In this document: piece after piece, positions 8,627 through 19,198 of the stretch
Layout: every line of letters begins with the position of its first letter
Position numbering within the stretch: position 1 is the first letter of the stretch
From: Candidatus Latescibacterota bacterium
Lineage (GTDB): Bacteria > Latescibacterota > UBA2968 > GCA-2709665
Direction of reading: 5' to 3'
DNA: 64,000 nucleotides
NCBI GenBank assembly: GCA_965222075.1
Contig: OZ244937.1
Coordinates: forward strand, 448,001 to 512,000
Made by a program: the position numbers and the translations under genes
Notes under the pieces: model-generated
Seen by the model: the letters and a program-made list of their open reading frames with translations, nothing else
Told to the model about the DNA's origin: nothing
Database searches by the model: none

Positions 8627-10330
8627 GTGAAACGCTTACTTCTGTTTTTTCCCTGTCTTGTCTTCCTCGTCTCCGCTGTTTCCGCCGATGATCCCACCTC
8701 CGATGTGCCGCTTTCACACAGGATCTACCAGACCGTTGACCGCTTTGAGGCCCGGGGCTGGTTCGACGAGCCCGTCTCCGGCGTCCGCCCCTACACGCGG
8801 CGTCAGGCGGCCCGGTTTCTGCTTCGGATTCTGCGACGTGCGGATTCCGGCGCCTCCCTGTCGCAGACCGAGCGCGGGGTGCTGGACAGGCACCGGGCCG
8901 AATTTGGGGTGGAACTGGCCAGGCTGGGGTATGCGTCGGCGTCTTCGTCTCCGAAACGGGGGATGGTGGGGCGGCTCTTTGGGGGAGACAACCTTTTCGC
9001 CTGGCAGGACTCGGTTGCGACCGTTGCGATCGATCCGCTGTTTCGGCAGCGCCTGCTCCTGGTGCGGGGGGGGGGACGCACCGCTGAGACCGTTTCGCAG
9101 ACCTATGTCGGCGGGATCGTGCGGGGGACCTTCCACAACCGCCTGGGGTTCCGAATCCGCCACTTCGAGGCCAGAGAGTGGAGCACCCGGATGCGCACCT
9201 CCCGGGGGGACGTGGTCGCGCGGCCGATCGAAGATGTGCAGCTGAAAGGCAAGACCGTGGATTTCCGGGAGGCGGCTTTCCAGCTGATCTGGGCGGCGCC
9301 CTGGTTCAACTTAGACATCGGCAAGGGCAGCTTAGACTGGGGGCCGGGCAGGACGGGCAACCTGTTTTTGACGGACTACGCGCCGCCCTTTGGCCTGGTC
9401 CGTCTGAGGGCGTCTTACGGCCGGGTCGTCTTCACCCACGTTGTGGGATTGCTCAGGGCGCGTGCCGGGCTGATCGACAGTACCCGCACCCGCATTGACA
9501 ACGGGCACGTGCGCACCTTCCTGCGGTCCAAACATCTGGCCGCCCACCGGGTGGAGATCGCGCTTTCCGGACGGGTCTCCCTGGGCCTGCAGGAGGCGGT
9601 CGTCTACGGCGACAGGCGGCCGGAATTCCTCTACCTTCCCCCTGCGACGGTGCTCACCGCCGCTCAGACGTACATCGGCGATCGGGACAACTTAATGGTG
9701 GGCCTGGACCTGTCAGCGCGTCCAGCCCGCAACCTCAGGGCCTATTTCGCCCTCTTTTTCGACGACCTGAAGAAGTTCAGCCCCGGCGCCTTTTCCAATA
9801 AATTCGCATTCCAGGTCGGTTTCCTGTGGGTCGATCCATTCGGTCTGCCCGACACCGATCTGCAGATGGAGTACATTCGTTTAGAGCCCTTTGTGTATTC
9901 ACACCATTTTGACATCAATACCCACGAACACTTCGACGCCCTGCTGGGCTATCCCTCAGGGCCGAATGCGGACCGCATCTTCGGTTCTGTCACCCACCGG
10001 TTTTCGCCGGCCCTGTCGCTTAGAGTTGCGCTGGACCGGGAGCGGCAGGGGGAGAATATCCTCAACCCGGACGGTTCGCTTGTCAATGTTGGGGGCGATG
10101 CCGAGCAGGGCCAGCGCCCGTTAGACCCCCTGACGAAGCGGTTTATGGACGGCATCCGGGAGACCCGCACCCGGCTGGGGGTCGGGATTGCGTATGAACC
10201 GCTCCGGGACCTGCTTTTCACCTTACAGTATCAAGCAACCGCCGCGGGGAACGTTCTGCTGCCGGGGGGAAACCGGGGAAACGGACGCATCCACATCTGG
10301 ACGATGACGGCGGATTTCAACTTTTTTTAG
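8627..10330 (+). CDS. Capsule assembly Wzi-family outer-membrane protein
   Basis: Signal peptide from GTG 8627; RPYTR N-terminal motif, WGPGRTGNL, AAHRVEI, EAVVYG, LGYPSGPNAD; terminal Phe. Confidence 0.8.
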   Translation: MKRLLLFFPCLVFLVSAVSADDPTSDVPLSHRIYQTVDRFEARGWFDEPVSGVRPYTRRQAARFLLRILRRADSGASLSQTERGVLDRHRAEFGVELARLGYASASSSPKRGMVGRLFGGDNLFAWQDSVATVAIDPLFRQRLLLVRGGGRTAETVSQTYVGGIVRGTFHNRLGFRIRHFEAREWSTRMRTSRGDVVARPIEDVQLKGKTVDFREAAFQLIWAAPWFNLDIGKGSLDWGPGRTGNLFLTDYAPPFGLVRLRASYGRVVFTHVVGLLRARAGLIDSTRTRIDNGHVRTFLRSKHLAAHRVEIALSGRVSLGLQEAVVYGDRRPEFLYLPPATVLTAAQTYIGDRDNLMVGLDLSARPARNLRAYFALFFDDLKKFSPGAFSNKFAFQVGFLWVDPFGLPDTDLQMEYIRLEPFVYSHHFDINTHEHFDALLGYPSGPNADRIFGSVTHRFSPALSLRVALDRERQGENILNPDGSLVNVGGDAEQGQRPLDPLTKRFMDGIRETRTRLGVGIAYEPLRDLLFTLQYQATAAGNVLLPGGNRGNGRIHIWTMTADFNFF

Positions 10331-10344
10331 CGAGAGGCAGCGGT

Positions 10345-11532
10345 ATGCGTGGAGAAGCAGGGGCGGTGCGCCGGGCGCTTCTGGGCCTGTTGGTGCTGGC
10401 GCTGGCCCTGCGGGTCGGGTTTGGCCTGACGCGCGAGGGGCTGACGGCCGCTTCGGACGAGCGGAACTGGGACGGCGTGGCCCGGGCGTTTCTGGTGTCG
10501 GGCGTCCTGCATCCCGGGACTTACTGGCCGCCCCTGTACCCGCTGATGTTGGCCGGGATCTATCGGGCCGCCGGACACGATCCGGGTACTGTGCGGCTGT
10601 GGCAGGCGCTTTTGGGAACGATCACGTGTATGCTCCTTTACGGGATCGGTCGGCGGATTGGAGGCGCACGGGTCGGGCTGGTTGCAGCGGGCCTGGGGGC
10701 GGTCTATCCGCTGTTTGTCTTCTTTTCAGGGGTGCTGATGGCGGAGACTCTGCTGGTTTTTTTGACGGCGGCAGCCCTGCTGCTGGCATTGCGGTTTGAG
10801 ACGGCATGTTCGACCGCACAGGCCGCTGCGCTGGGGGCTGTGCTGGGGCTGGGGGCGCTTTGCAAGCCGGTGGTGCTGGCCTGGGCGCTCCTGCTGCTGT
10901 GGGGATGGTGGCGCCGGTGCGGGCTGTCCCTGGGGCAGCGGGGCGCGCGCGTGGCGGCCGTTGTGGGGACGATGGGGCTTGTGGTTGCCCCCTGGACGGT
11001 GCGCAACGCCCTGGTGACCGGCTTTTTTGTGCCGATTTCGTCGAATCTGGGGATGAATTTGATGGTTGGAAACGAGCCGGGGGCGAATGGGCGCTACCAG
11101 AATGACGTGGATTACATCGCGATGTTCGACCGGCTGACCGGGTCGGGGCACCCGGTGGCCAGAGACCGCAGGGCGGTTCGGGAGGCGCTGGGGTGGGTGG
11201 CCGAGGCGCCGGCCCGTTTTACCGGGCTGGTGTTTCGCAAACTCGCCTGGTTCTGGAGCCCGCTGGCCCCGGACGAGCCGGCCCACCGGAACTGGGTGGC
11301 CCTCTTTTCGAGCGGCCCCCTGCTGGTCCTGGGCCTTTTGGGGACGATCAGGCTGCGGGGCCGCCCGGAGGCCTGGGCTGTGGGATCTCTGCTGCTGGGG
11401 CTGTCGCTGGTCCATGCGCTCTTTTTTGCCCACACCCGGTTCCGTTTGCCGATCGACGCGGCGCTGATGGGGCCAGCGGCATGGGTGCTGGTGCGGGGTT
11501 GGGACGGGTGGAGGCGGCGCGTAAGGATGTAA
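10345..11532 (+). CDS. GT-C membrane glycosyltransferase (GT39/GT83-like)
   Basis: SDERNW, YWPPLYP, LMAETL, PWTVRN, HTRFRLPI; multiple TM helices. Confidence 0.82.
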   Translation: MRGEAGAVRRALLGLLVLALALRVGFGLTREGLTAASDERNWDGVARAFLVSGVLHPGTYWPPLYPLMLAGIYRAAGHDPGTVRLWQALLGTITCMLLYGIGRRIGGARVGLVAAGLGAVYPLFVFFSGVLMAETLLVFLTAAALLLALRFETACSTAQAAALGAVLGLGALCKPVVLAWALLLLWGWWRRCGLSLGQRGARVAAVVGTMGLVVAPWTVRNALVTGFFVPISSNLGMNLMVGNEPGANGRYQNDVDYIAMFDRLTGSGHPVARDRRAVREALGWVAEAPARFTGLVFRKLAWFWSPLAPDEPAHRNWVALFSSGPLLVLGLLGTIRLRGRPEAWAVGSLLLGLSLVHALFFAHTRFRLPIDAALMGPAAWVLVRGWDGWRRRVRM

Positions 11533-11557
11533 AATCGATAACATAAGGAGTTGCAGC

Positions 11558-13228
11558 TTGCAGCTTGCACATTGCAAATGGACCTCCCCCCTGGTCCCCC
11601 TCCCACGAGGCGCGTTCGTTTTTGCGCTGGCCGTCTGCTGGTCGATTCTGGGGCTGGGGGTGCTGTCGCAGTTTTCCGCGGGGTCTGTCCTGGACGACGC
11701 TTTTATGTTTGTGCGATATGCAGACCGCGTGCTTTCAGAGGGCAGGGTGGCGTGGAATCCCGGGGGCGAGGCGACCTACGGGCCCACGTCCTGTCTGTAT
11801 CTGGGCGTTGTTCTGGGGGTGCGAATTTTCGCACCGGACAATGCCGCTTTCACCGCCGGACTGTCCAGCCTCACCGCCGGAATCTGCTTCCTGTGCTTGC
11901 TGGTCGGCCTTTTCAGGCGGTATACGGACGCCCCTCCTGCGGGGGAGCGCCTTTTGATTTTGGCGGCGTTTTTTTCCATAGCGGCTTCGGCGCACGATAC
12001 AGCCAGCCATTTTGTCAGCGGTATGGACACGACTTTTGCGCTGGTCTTTCTGACGGCCTATATCCGGATTGGAAAATGGCACGAATGCACACGGAGCAGG
12101 GCAGGGGCCCTGTGGATGGGGCTGTGGGGCGGGCTGGCCTTTTTTGCCAGGCCCGATTTGCTGATTTATTCGTTTCTTGTGCCTGCTTCTATGGTCGTCT
12201 TTGGGTCGGATTCCAGGATGGTGCGGCATGGGGTGTGGATTCTGGGGCTTACGGCCGCGGCGATCGGCGGGCAGGTCTGGTTTGCTTCGGCCTATTTCAA
12301 CTCCCCGCTTCCCCTGTCGTTTTACGCAAAGGGGCTGTGGCTTTACAGCGATTTTCTGGTTGAGCAGTACCGGCTGGTCCCGCTTGTGGAAGGGCTGTCC
12401 TACCTGGCGTCCTACTGGTATCTGTTTCTGATTGTTGGCGCGGATCTCGCGTTCAACTTTGGCGCGTGGCGGTGCCGGGTTTCTGCGGTTGACAAGGGGC
12501 TGCTTGTGGCCACCTGTCTGTTTCTCCTGTATTATCTGTTGTTTGTCTTGCAGATTATGCCCTCGCCCCAGCGGTTTTACTATCCGACCCTTCCTGCGCT
12601 GCTTTTCCTGGCCGCACAAGGCGCTGTGAGGCTGGTGGAGAGGATACCCGACGCCATTCGACGGGAGGTTTCGGGTAGTTCCAAATCGGTTCGCATCTTT
12701 GCGGCGTTCCTGCTGCTGGGGTGTCTCTTCCCAAGCGCGTTATCGGTATCCAGGGCCGTGGGCTCACAGATTTACAGGGGAAATCTGTTGAATTTTGATA
12801 TATTTGACAGTTATAAGAAGCGGTTGTCTACCTACTGGTTCGGGCTGGATGCATTTTCGCGTTTGCCCGACGATCTGGTGATTGCAACCACAGAGGTGGG
12901 GCGCCCTGCGGCGATGAATCCGGAAAAGCGGATTGTGGATCTCACCGGTTTGAATGAGGCGCGTTTTGCTCACGCAGGGTTTTCCGCAGATCGGCTTTTT
13001 CAGACCTACCGCCCGGATTTGATTTATATGCCGCATCCCCATTACAAGGGGATGATCGAACAGATTGCCAACCATCCCCATTTTGTGGAACACTACGAGC
13101 ATTTTTCCGCATCCGCGCTGGGGGCGGTGATGGGGGTGGCGCTGTGGCGAGACAGCGAATATTTCTCTCGTATGCACGATATTGTAAAGGGCAGGATAAC
13201 GGATGGCTGTGCGGACCAAAATCCTTGA
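11558..13228 (+). CDS. GT-C membrane glycosyltransferase-like protein
   Basis: LDDAFMFVRYA, WNPGGEATYGPTS, SGMDT, ARPD, PLPLSFYAK; AAGGAG RBS before TTG. Confidence 0.75.
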   Translation: MQLAHCKWTSPLVPLPRGAFVFALAVCWSILGLGVLSQFSAGSVLDDAFMFVRYADRVLSEGRVAWNPGGEATYGPTSCLYLGVVLGVRIFAPDNAAFTAGLSSLTAGICFLCLLVGLFRRYTDAPPAGERLLILAAFFSIAASAHDTASHFVSGMDTTFALVFLTAYIRIGKWHECTRSRAGALWMGLWGGLAFFARPDLLIYSFLVPASMVVFGSDSRMVRHGVWILGLTAAAIGGQVWFASAYFNSPLPLSFYAKGLWLYSDFLVEQYRLVPLVEGLSYLASYWYLFLIVGADLAFNFGAWRCRVSAVDKGLLVATCLFLLYYLLFVLQIMPSPQRFYYPTLPALLFLAAQGAVRLVERIPDAIRREVSGSSKSVRIFAAFLLLGCLFPSALSVSRAVGSQIYRGNLLNFDIFDSYKKRLSTYWFGLDAFSRLPDDLVIATTEVGRPAAMNPEKRIVDLTGLNEARFAHAGFSADRLFQTYRPDLIYMPHPHYKGMIEQIANHPHFVEHYEHFSASALGAVMGVALWRDSEYFSRMHDIVKGRITDGCADQNP

Positions 13229-14621
13229 GCTTCATCCCTCCAACCGGCCGCTGCTCACAGCGGTCTGTCTGGGGCAGGCCGGGCTGATTGTTCTGTCCTT
13301 TTTGCGCTACGGCGAGACGGGGCCGCTGCTTATGGTGCTGGTCCTCTTTTCGGTTGTGGCGCTGGTGGGATCTGTGACCCTGGCGGTGTTTTACCTCTGT
13401 TTGATTTCGGCCGTGATCCCCACTCAGTTTTTTGACGACCGCCTGCTGCTGCCGCTCGATTTCAAGTTTTACGAAGGGCTGTTTATGGTCGTGTGCGGCG
13501 TGGCGGTGCTCTGGTGGCTGCAGGGGCGGTGGCTGTTGTGGGAACGCCCCACCCGGTTCGACCGGCCTGTGCTGGTCTTTCTGGGCTTGCTGGTGGCCTC
13601 GATGGGGCTGGGGCTGTATTACGGTCAGTCGGTGTCGCAGATGCTTCGGGATGTGCGTTTTCCGCTTTATTACGTCCTCTTTTTTGTGGTGACCGGTTTT
13701 TTTGACCTTCGCAAGGGTCGGACGTTTCTCTCATTGGTGGTGGTCTGTGCGGTGGTTGTGGGGGTGGAATACTTAGCCGAGTTCTTAGAGGTGGTCAACC
13801 TCTCGATTTCAGGGTCTTTTTACCGGGTGGCCCGGACCGAGGGCCTGATGCTGCCGATCAGCATCCTGGTGTGCGCGGCGGGCCTGCTGTACGACCCTTC
13901 GCCGGTTCGACGGACGCTGTTCAGCCTGGCGCTGATTCCGATCGGCCTGGCCTTCGTGCTGACCATGGGACGCGGCATGTGGATCGCCTTCTTTGCAGGG
14001 CTTATCTTGATGAGCGGGCTGGTGATTCTGGACCGGCAGGCGGGTGGGCGCCGGGGGCGGCGGATTCTGATCCTGATCCTGCTGCCCCTGCTGGTGGCGG
14101 GGATGGGCTACCTCTTTCAACGGGCGACCGGCACAGGCGTGGGAGAGATGGCCCTCAAAAGGGTGAGGCGTGTGGTGTATTACCAGGAGGATACCACGAT
14201 TCTGGGCCGGTTCCTCTCCTATGGGATCGCCCTGGAGAAGATCCGGCAGCGCCCCCTGCTGGGCGGGGGACACGGGGCGACGGTGACCTATCCGATCACC
14301 GACCAGGGCGAGCCTTTTATGCAGACCGTAGGGAAGGTGGACAACCTCTACCTGACGCTGCTGCTGCGCATGGGGGTTGTGGGGTTGGCGGCCTTTCTCT
14401 GGATTTTCATCCGGGGGCTGCGGACCGCTTACGGGCTGTTTCAGCGGACGGGAGACGTTTGGGTGAAACAGTTTTGTGCAGGCTTTTTTGCGGTTTACGG
14501 GGCGATGCTGGTCTACGGGATGGCCGATGCCACGCTGATCGGCAACCGGCTGATCTTTTTCCATGCAACCTTCCTGGGCATCCTGGCCCGGTTGGACAGG
14601 GAGGCAGGAGATGGCGCATGA
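13203..14621 (+). CDS. O-antigen ligase/polymerase (WaaL/Wzy family)
   Basis: About 12 TM helices, LTMGRGMW, RPLLGGGHG, DNLYLTLLLRMGVVG. Confidence 0.82.
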   Translation: MAVRTKILELHPSNRPLLTAVCLGQAGLIVLSFLRYGETGPLLMVLVLFSVVALVGSVTLAVFYLCLISAVIPTQFFDDRLLLPLDFKFYEGLFMVVCGVAVLWWLQGRWLLWERPTRFDRPVLVFLGLLVASMGLGLYYGQSVSQMLRDVRFPLYYVLFFVVTGFFDLRKGRTFLSLVVVCAVVVGVEYLAEFLEVVNLSISGSFYRVARTEGLMLPISILVCAAGLLYDPSPVRRTLFSLALIPIGLAFVLTMGRGMWIAFFAGLILMSGLVILDRQAGGRRGRRILILILLPLLVAGMGYLFQRATGTGVGEMALKRVRRVVYYQEDTTILGRFLSYGIALEKIRQRPLLGGGHGATVTYPITDQGEPFMQTVGKVDNLYLTLLLRMGVVGLAAFLWIFIRGLRTAYGLFQRTGDVWVKQFCAGFFAVYGAMLVYGMADATLIGNRLIFFHATFLGILARLDREAGDGA

Positions 14622-15576
14622 GGTGACGGCGGTGGTTGTGAACTGGAATGCGGGCAAGCACCTGGTTCGGTGCGTGGAGGCGCTGCTGGCCGAACGCGGG
14701 CGCCTGGACCTGGAGGTGGTGGTGGTGGACAACGCCTCGTCGGACGGCAGCTTGCAGGGGCTGGACCGCTTTGGAAAAGGCGTGCGGCAGATCCAGACCG
14801 GGGAAAATCTGGGGTTCGGGCGGGGGGTCAACCGGGGGGTGGCGCTGTCGGAGGGGGCCTATGTGGCGGTGTTGAATCCGGATGTGGTCCTGCGGCCGGG
14901 CGCGCTGGAGCGGATGGTGGGCGTTCTGGAAGGGGAGGACCGGGCAGGTCTGGTTGGACCCCGCCTTTTCGACGCCACAGGGCGGGTGCGGGCGTCGTGC
15001 GGGATGGGGCCGAAGCTGGCCGATGAGATTTGCCGTAAATTCTTGTTGCATCTTGTTTTCCCTTTTTTTATCTTCCGTTGCCAACGCCCCGGAACGCTGA
15101 AAGAGGTCGGCTGGGTGACGGGGGCCTGTTTTGTGGCCCGGCGGCAGGCCCTGGAGGCGGTGGGGGGGATGGATGAGGCGATTTTTATGTATTATGAAGA
15201 TGTGGACCTCTGTCTGCGGATGCGGCAGGCCGGGTGGGGGGTGTTTTACATGCCCGGGGCGGAGGGGATGCACGTTGGGAGCGAGAGTTCAAGACAGGCC
15301 TTTGAACGGATGCTTTTGGCGAGCGAGGCGAGTTATACCTACTTTGTAAAGAAGCACTTCGGCAGGGGCGCCGCTGCGCTGCTGTGGGCACTCACACCGC
15401 TGGAGATGGGGTTGCGGTCCCTGCTTTGGGGCACCCTCTATCTGACGGCATCCGGCCGCCGCGAGGAGGCCCGGGCGAGATTGAGGGCTTACCGGACGAT
15501 GCTGAGGCAAGGGGGCGATCCGACGTTGGCCTCCGGCTCTACGGGGATCGGCGCCGATGTGGAGGACGTTTTATGA
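14611..15576 (+). CDS. Glycosyltransferase family 2
   Basis: VVVNWN, VVDNASSDGS, NLGFGRGVN, LNPD, FMYYEDVDLC. Confidence 0.92.
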   Translation: MAHEVTAVVVNWNAGKHLVRCVEALLAERGRLDLEVVVVDNASSDGSLQGLDRFGKGVRQIQTGENLGFGRGVNRGVALSEGAYVAVLNPDVVLRPGALERMVGVLEGEDRAGLVGPRLFDATGRVRASCGMGPKLADEICRKFLLHLVFPFFIFRCQRPGTLKEVGWVTGACFVARRQALEAVGGMDEAIFMYYEDVDLCLRMRQAGWGVFYMPGAEGMHVGSESSRQAFERMLLASEASYTYFVKKHFGRGAAALLWALTPLEMGLRSLLWGTLYLTASGRREEARARLRAYRTMLRQGGDPTLASGSTGIGADVEDVL

Positions 15577-16706
15577 TTCCGATTTTTCGACCCTGTTTTG
15601 GGGAAGAGGAGGTGGAGGCCGTCCGGGAGGTATTGCTGTCGGGGTGGGTCGGCCCGGGACCGAAGGTCGAGGCGTTGGAGGAGCAGTTTGCCAGGTATGT
15701 GGGTACACGGTTTGCCATCAGCGTGAACTCCTGTTCTTCGGCGCTGCTGCTGGCGCTGAAGGCCTTAGAGGTCGAGGGGCGTGAGGTTATTACCACCTCG
15801 ATGACGTTTGTCTCCACCAACCATGCCATCCTTCAAAGCGGGGCCGAGCCGGTCTTTTGCGATATCGAGCCGGATACCCTGAACATTGCTCCCGAATCCG
15901 TAGCTGATCGGGTCTCCGACCGGACCTCGGCGATCCTGGTGGTGCACTACGGGGGCCATCCCTGCGATATGGACCCGATCCTGGAGATCGCCCAGGAGCG
16001 GGGTATCCCGGTGGTGGAGGATGCGGCGCACGCGTGCGGTGCGCGTTACAAGGGGCGGATGGTGGGCAGCCTGGGTCGCATCGGCTGTTTCAGCTTTCAG
16101 GCACAGAAGAACCTGACGACCTGCGACGGGGGGATGCTCACGACGGACGACGCAGCCCTTGCCGAGCGTTTGAAGCGGCTGAGCTGGATGGGGATTTCAA
16201 AGGGGACGTGGGATCGGTTTAAGGAGGGCGGCGGGCAGCGTCGGTGGAAATACGATGTCACCGAGGCCGGTTACAAGTTCTATATGAACGATCTGAACGC
16301 GGCGATCGGGCTGGTTCAACTGGGCAAGTTGGAATCCGCCAATGCACAGCGGCGGGAGATCGCCTCCCAGTATGGCAAGGCCTTTTCGGATCTGTCCTGG
16401 TTGCAGAAACCGGTGGTCAAGTCCTATGCCCGAAGCGCCTGCCACGCCTATGTGCCCCGTGTGGTGGACCGGGACGGACTGATCGACCACCTGCTGAGCC
16501 GCGACATCGATGCGAGCGTGCACTATTATCCGAACCACTTCTATCCGATTTACGCTCCCTATCGGCGCGATCTGCCGGTGACGGAGTCGGTCTGGCAGGA
16601 CCTGATCTCCCTGCCCCTGTATCCGGGTATGACCGGGGAGGAGGAGGGCCGGGTGATTGACGCTGTACGGTGTTTCCAGCCCAACGGCTCGCTCAAAGGG
16701 CCCTGA
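15573..16706 (+). CDS. DegT/DnrJ/EryC1/StrS family sugar aminotransferase
   Basis: GPKVEALE, VEDAAHA, FSFQAQKNLTTCDGGML, ISLPLYP. Confidence 0.95.
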   Translation: MIPIFRPCFGEEEVEAVREVLLSGWVGPGPKVEALEEQFARYVGTRFAISVNSCSSALLLALKALEVEGREVITTSMTFVSTNHAILQSGAEPVFCDIEPDTLNIAPESVADRVSDRTSAILVVHYGGHPCDMDPILEIAQERGIPVVEDAAHACGARYKGRMVGSLGRIGCFSFQAQKNLTTCDGGMLTTDDAALAERLKRLSWMGISKGTWDRFKEGGGQRRWKYDVTEAGYKFYMNDLNAAIGLVQLGKLESANAQRREIASQYGKAFSDLSWLQKPVVKSYARSACHAYVPRVVDRDGLIDHLLSRDIDASVHYYPNHFYPIYAPYRRDLPVTESVWQDLISLPLYPGMTGEEEGRVIDAVRCFQPNGSLKGP

Positions 16707-16720
16707 ACAGGGCTTGAGGT

Positions 16721-17719
16721 GTGGTCGTGTTGACCCTTACCTTTTTTCTGGTTGCCGCCTTTGCGGCCGCTCTTTGTCTGACCCCCCTTCTTCGGGCTGT
16801 TGCGCTTCGGACCGAACGCTTTGGACGTCCCGGAGACGACGGTTCTGTTCCGATTCCCCCCACCGGGGGGCTGGCGATCTTTCTCGCCACGTTTCTTCTG
16901 CTTCCCTTTTCTTCTCTTTCTTTTCCTACCGGGCTGTGGATCGGGACTTGTGGGATGGCCACGATCGGGTTTATAGATGACGTCCATCCGTTTTCTCCGG
17001 TTCAAAAGCTGGGCCTGCAAATCGCTGCTGTGGGAGCCGCAGTGGGGTTTGGGCTGCGTTTTGTCGTGGTCGATCACCCGGTTGTAGACGCCCTGCTGAC
17101 GGGGGTCTGGCTGATCTGGATGTGCAACGCCTTTAATGTGCTGGATATGGTAGACGGTCTGGCGGCCGGTGTCGGGGCGATTGCCGCGATGGGCCTGGCC
17201 GGGCTGGGGCTGGTCGTTCATGCGCCCCCTGTGGTGATTCTGGCCGCAGCGATGGTTGGCGGGTTTGGGGGATTTCTGGTCTACAATTCCCATCCGGCAC
17301 GGATCTATATGGGCGATACGGGGAGCCTTTTTGCCGGGTTTGCGCTGGGGGGCATGGCCGTGGAGGTCTCACAGGGCCTGCCCGGGGCGCAGGGTATTCT
17401 CTGCCCGCTGATTGTGCTGGGAATTCCTTCTTTTGAGGCGGCCTTTCTCTGTGTGGTCCGAAGGGGCAAGGGGCTGCCGATTATGCGGGCGAGCCGGGAC
17501 CATGTGGCGCAGCGCCTGGTGCAGATGGGGTATTCGGTCCGCGGCGCGGTCGGGCGGATGTACGCCATGGGTGGGCTGCTTGTCTTTTTGGGGATTACGG
17601 GCGCGGTCGGTCCGGCTGTGGCCTGCTGGGCGGTTTTCGGGTGCACGGCAGCCCTGGCGATGTGGGCCGGGGTGCGTCTGGCCAGGGTTGGCATGGAGCG
17701 CGATGGGGAGGGGGCATGA
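16721..17719 (+). CDS. Undecaprenyl-phosphate sugar-1-phosphate transferase (WecA/MraY family)
   Basis: GFIDD, NAFNVLDMVDGLA, IYMGDTGS, DH...RL. Confidence 0.92.
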   Translation: MVVLTLTFFLVAAFAAALCLTPLLRAVALRTERFGRPGDDGSVPIPPTGGLAIFLATFLLLPFSSLSFPTGLWIGTCGMATIGFIDDVHPFSPVQKLGLQIAAVGAAVGFGLRFVVVDHPVVDALLTGVWLIWMCNAFNVLDMVDGLAAGVGAIAAMGLAGLGLVVHAPPVVILAAAMVGGFGGFLVYNSHPARIYMGDTGSLFAGFALGGMAVEVSQGLPGAQGILCPLIVLGIPSFEAAFLCVVRRGKGLPIMRASRDHVAQRLVQMGYSVRGAVGRMYAMGGLLVFLGITGAVGPAVACWAVFGCTAALAMWAGVRLARVGMERDGEGA

Positions 17720-19176
17720 AGGGTGGCCTGCGGCTTGCAACGGTCCGGGGGATCTCCTGGACAGGTCTGGCACAAGGCGCAGGATACCTGATCACCATGG
17801 GCACCCTGGGGCTGGCGGCCCGGTATTTAAGGCCCCAGGACTTCGGGGCAGAGATCGCGGTGGCTACGGTGGTGGGGGTATGGGTGATTGCCGCCGACCT
17901 GGGGCTGGGGCGGGCGCTGGTCCAGCGCTGGGATCTGACGCCTTCCCACCTGGCCGCGGCGCTCTGGATCGGTCTGATCACATCCTGTTTTTCCGCCGTC
18001 CTGCTCTGGCAGACTGCCCGGTTCTGGAGCAGGCTCTTTTTTGACGATCAGGTCGCCACGATCCTGCCGACGATGGGCTGGGGGCTGGTGTGCGCAGGTG
18101 TGGGGGCAGTGCCCCGGGCACAGATGGAGCGGGCGTTCCGGTTTGGACAACTGGCCGTTATCGATCTGTGCGCGTCGTTGCTGGGGGGAGGGACGCTGGT
18201 GGCCCTGGCCCTGCTGGAATACGGCGTCTGGAGCCTGGTGTGGGGCTACGTGGTGAGGAGCGGGGTGCTGGGGGTCGGTCCGTGGATGTTCTGTCCAGCG
18301 GTCCGGCGTTATCGTTTTGCCCTGCAGGATGCAAAGGATCTGCTCGGGTTCGGGACGAAGTGGGTCGGCTCGCGGCTGGTGGGCTACGCGCAGCAAAACT
18401 TAGACTATCTGCTGGTCGGGCGGTTCTTAGGCAGCGGGGCGCTGGGGTACTATTCCTTAGCCTACCGGTTGATCGCCTTTCCGCAGGTGCGCCTGGTGCA
18501 GGCGGTGGCGAAGGTGACCTTTCCGGCCTTTTCCGCGCTTCAGACAGATCTGCCCCGGTTGCGCGGGGCATATTTGAGCACCATCACCTATATCGCCCTG
18601 CTGGTTTTTCCGATGATGGCCGGTTTCTACGTTCTGGCCGATCCGGTTGTTGTGCTGGTTTACGGAGAAGAAAAAGCGCTTGCCGGTGGGATTCTGCCTC
18701 TGCTCTCGCCCGCCGGCGCAGTCAGGGCGGTGGCTTCCCCCGTCGGATTGATTTTTTCATCTTTGGGACGCACCGGGCTGGCCCTTATCTGGAATATCGG
18801 GGCCGCCCTTTTTATGCTGGGTGCGGTGCGGATGGGGGTTGTGGGCGGCGTTGAAGGCGTTGCGCTGGCCGTGAGCCTGGGGGCGGTGGTGCTCACCGGG
18901 GTTTCCCAAGCGATCGTCAACCGGATTGTGAACCTTCGGTTTGGGGACTACCTCAGGGCGCTGCGGCCTGCGGCGGTGTGCAGTGCGGTTATGGTGGGGG
19001 TCGTGGGATTCTACAGGTGGTTGTTGGCAGGACAGTTGCTCGATCTCGATCTGGTTGCCACGTGTGTTGTGCTGGGGGCCTGCGTCTACCTCCTTTCCTT
19101 CCGGCTGCTGGCACGAAAGACTTCCCGGGAGGCGCTGGATCTGGCAAGGCTGCTGTGGAAGCAGGCGGATGATTAA
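17716..19176 (+). CDS. Polysaccharide flippase (Wzx family)
   Basis: RYLRPQDFG, DLGLGRALVQ, LDYLLVGRFLGSGALGYYSLAY; 12-14 TM helices. Confidence 0.9.
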   Translation: MKGGLRLATVRGISWTGLAQGAGYLITMGTLGLAARYLRPQDFGAEIAVATVVGVWVIAADLGLGRALVQRWDLTPSHLAAALWIGLITSCFSAVLLWQTARFWSRLFFDDQVATILPTMGWGLVCAGVGAVPRAQMERAFRFGQLAVIDLCASLLGGGTLVALALLEYGVWSLVWGYVVRSGVLGVGPWMFCPAVRRYRFALQDAKDLLGFGTKWVGSRLVGYAQQNLDYLLVGRFLGSGALGYYSLAYRLIAFPQVRLVQAVAKVTFPAFSALQTDLPRLRGAYLSTITYIALLVFPMMAGFYVLADPVVVLVYGEEKALAGGILPLLSPAGAVRAVASPVGLIFSSLGRTGLALIWNIGAALFMLGAVRMGVVGGVEGVALAVSLGAVVLTGVSQAIVNRIVNLRFGDYLRALRPAAVCSAVMVGVVGFYRWLLAGQLLDLDLVATCVVLGACVYLLSFRLLARKTSREALDLARLLWKQADD

Positions 19177-19198
19177 CGTTCTACCGGGTAAAGCGCGT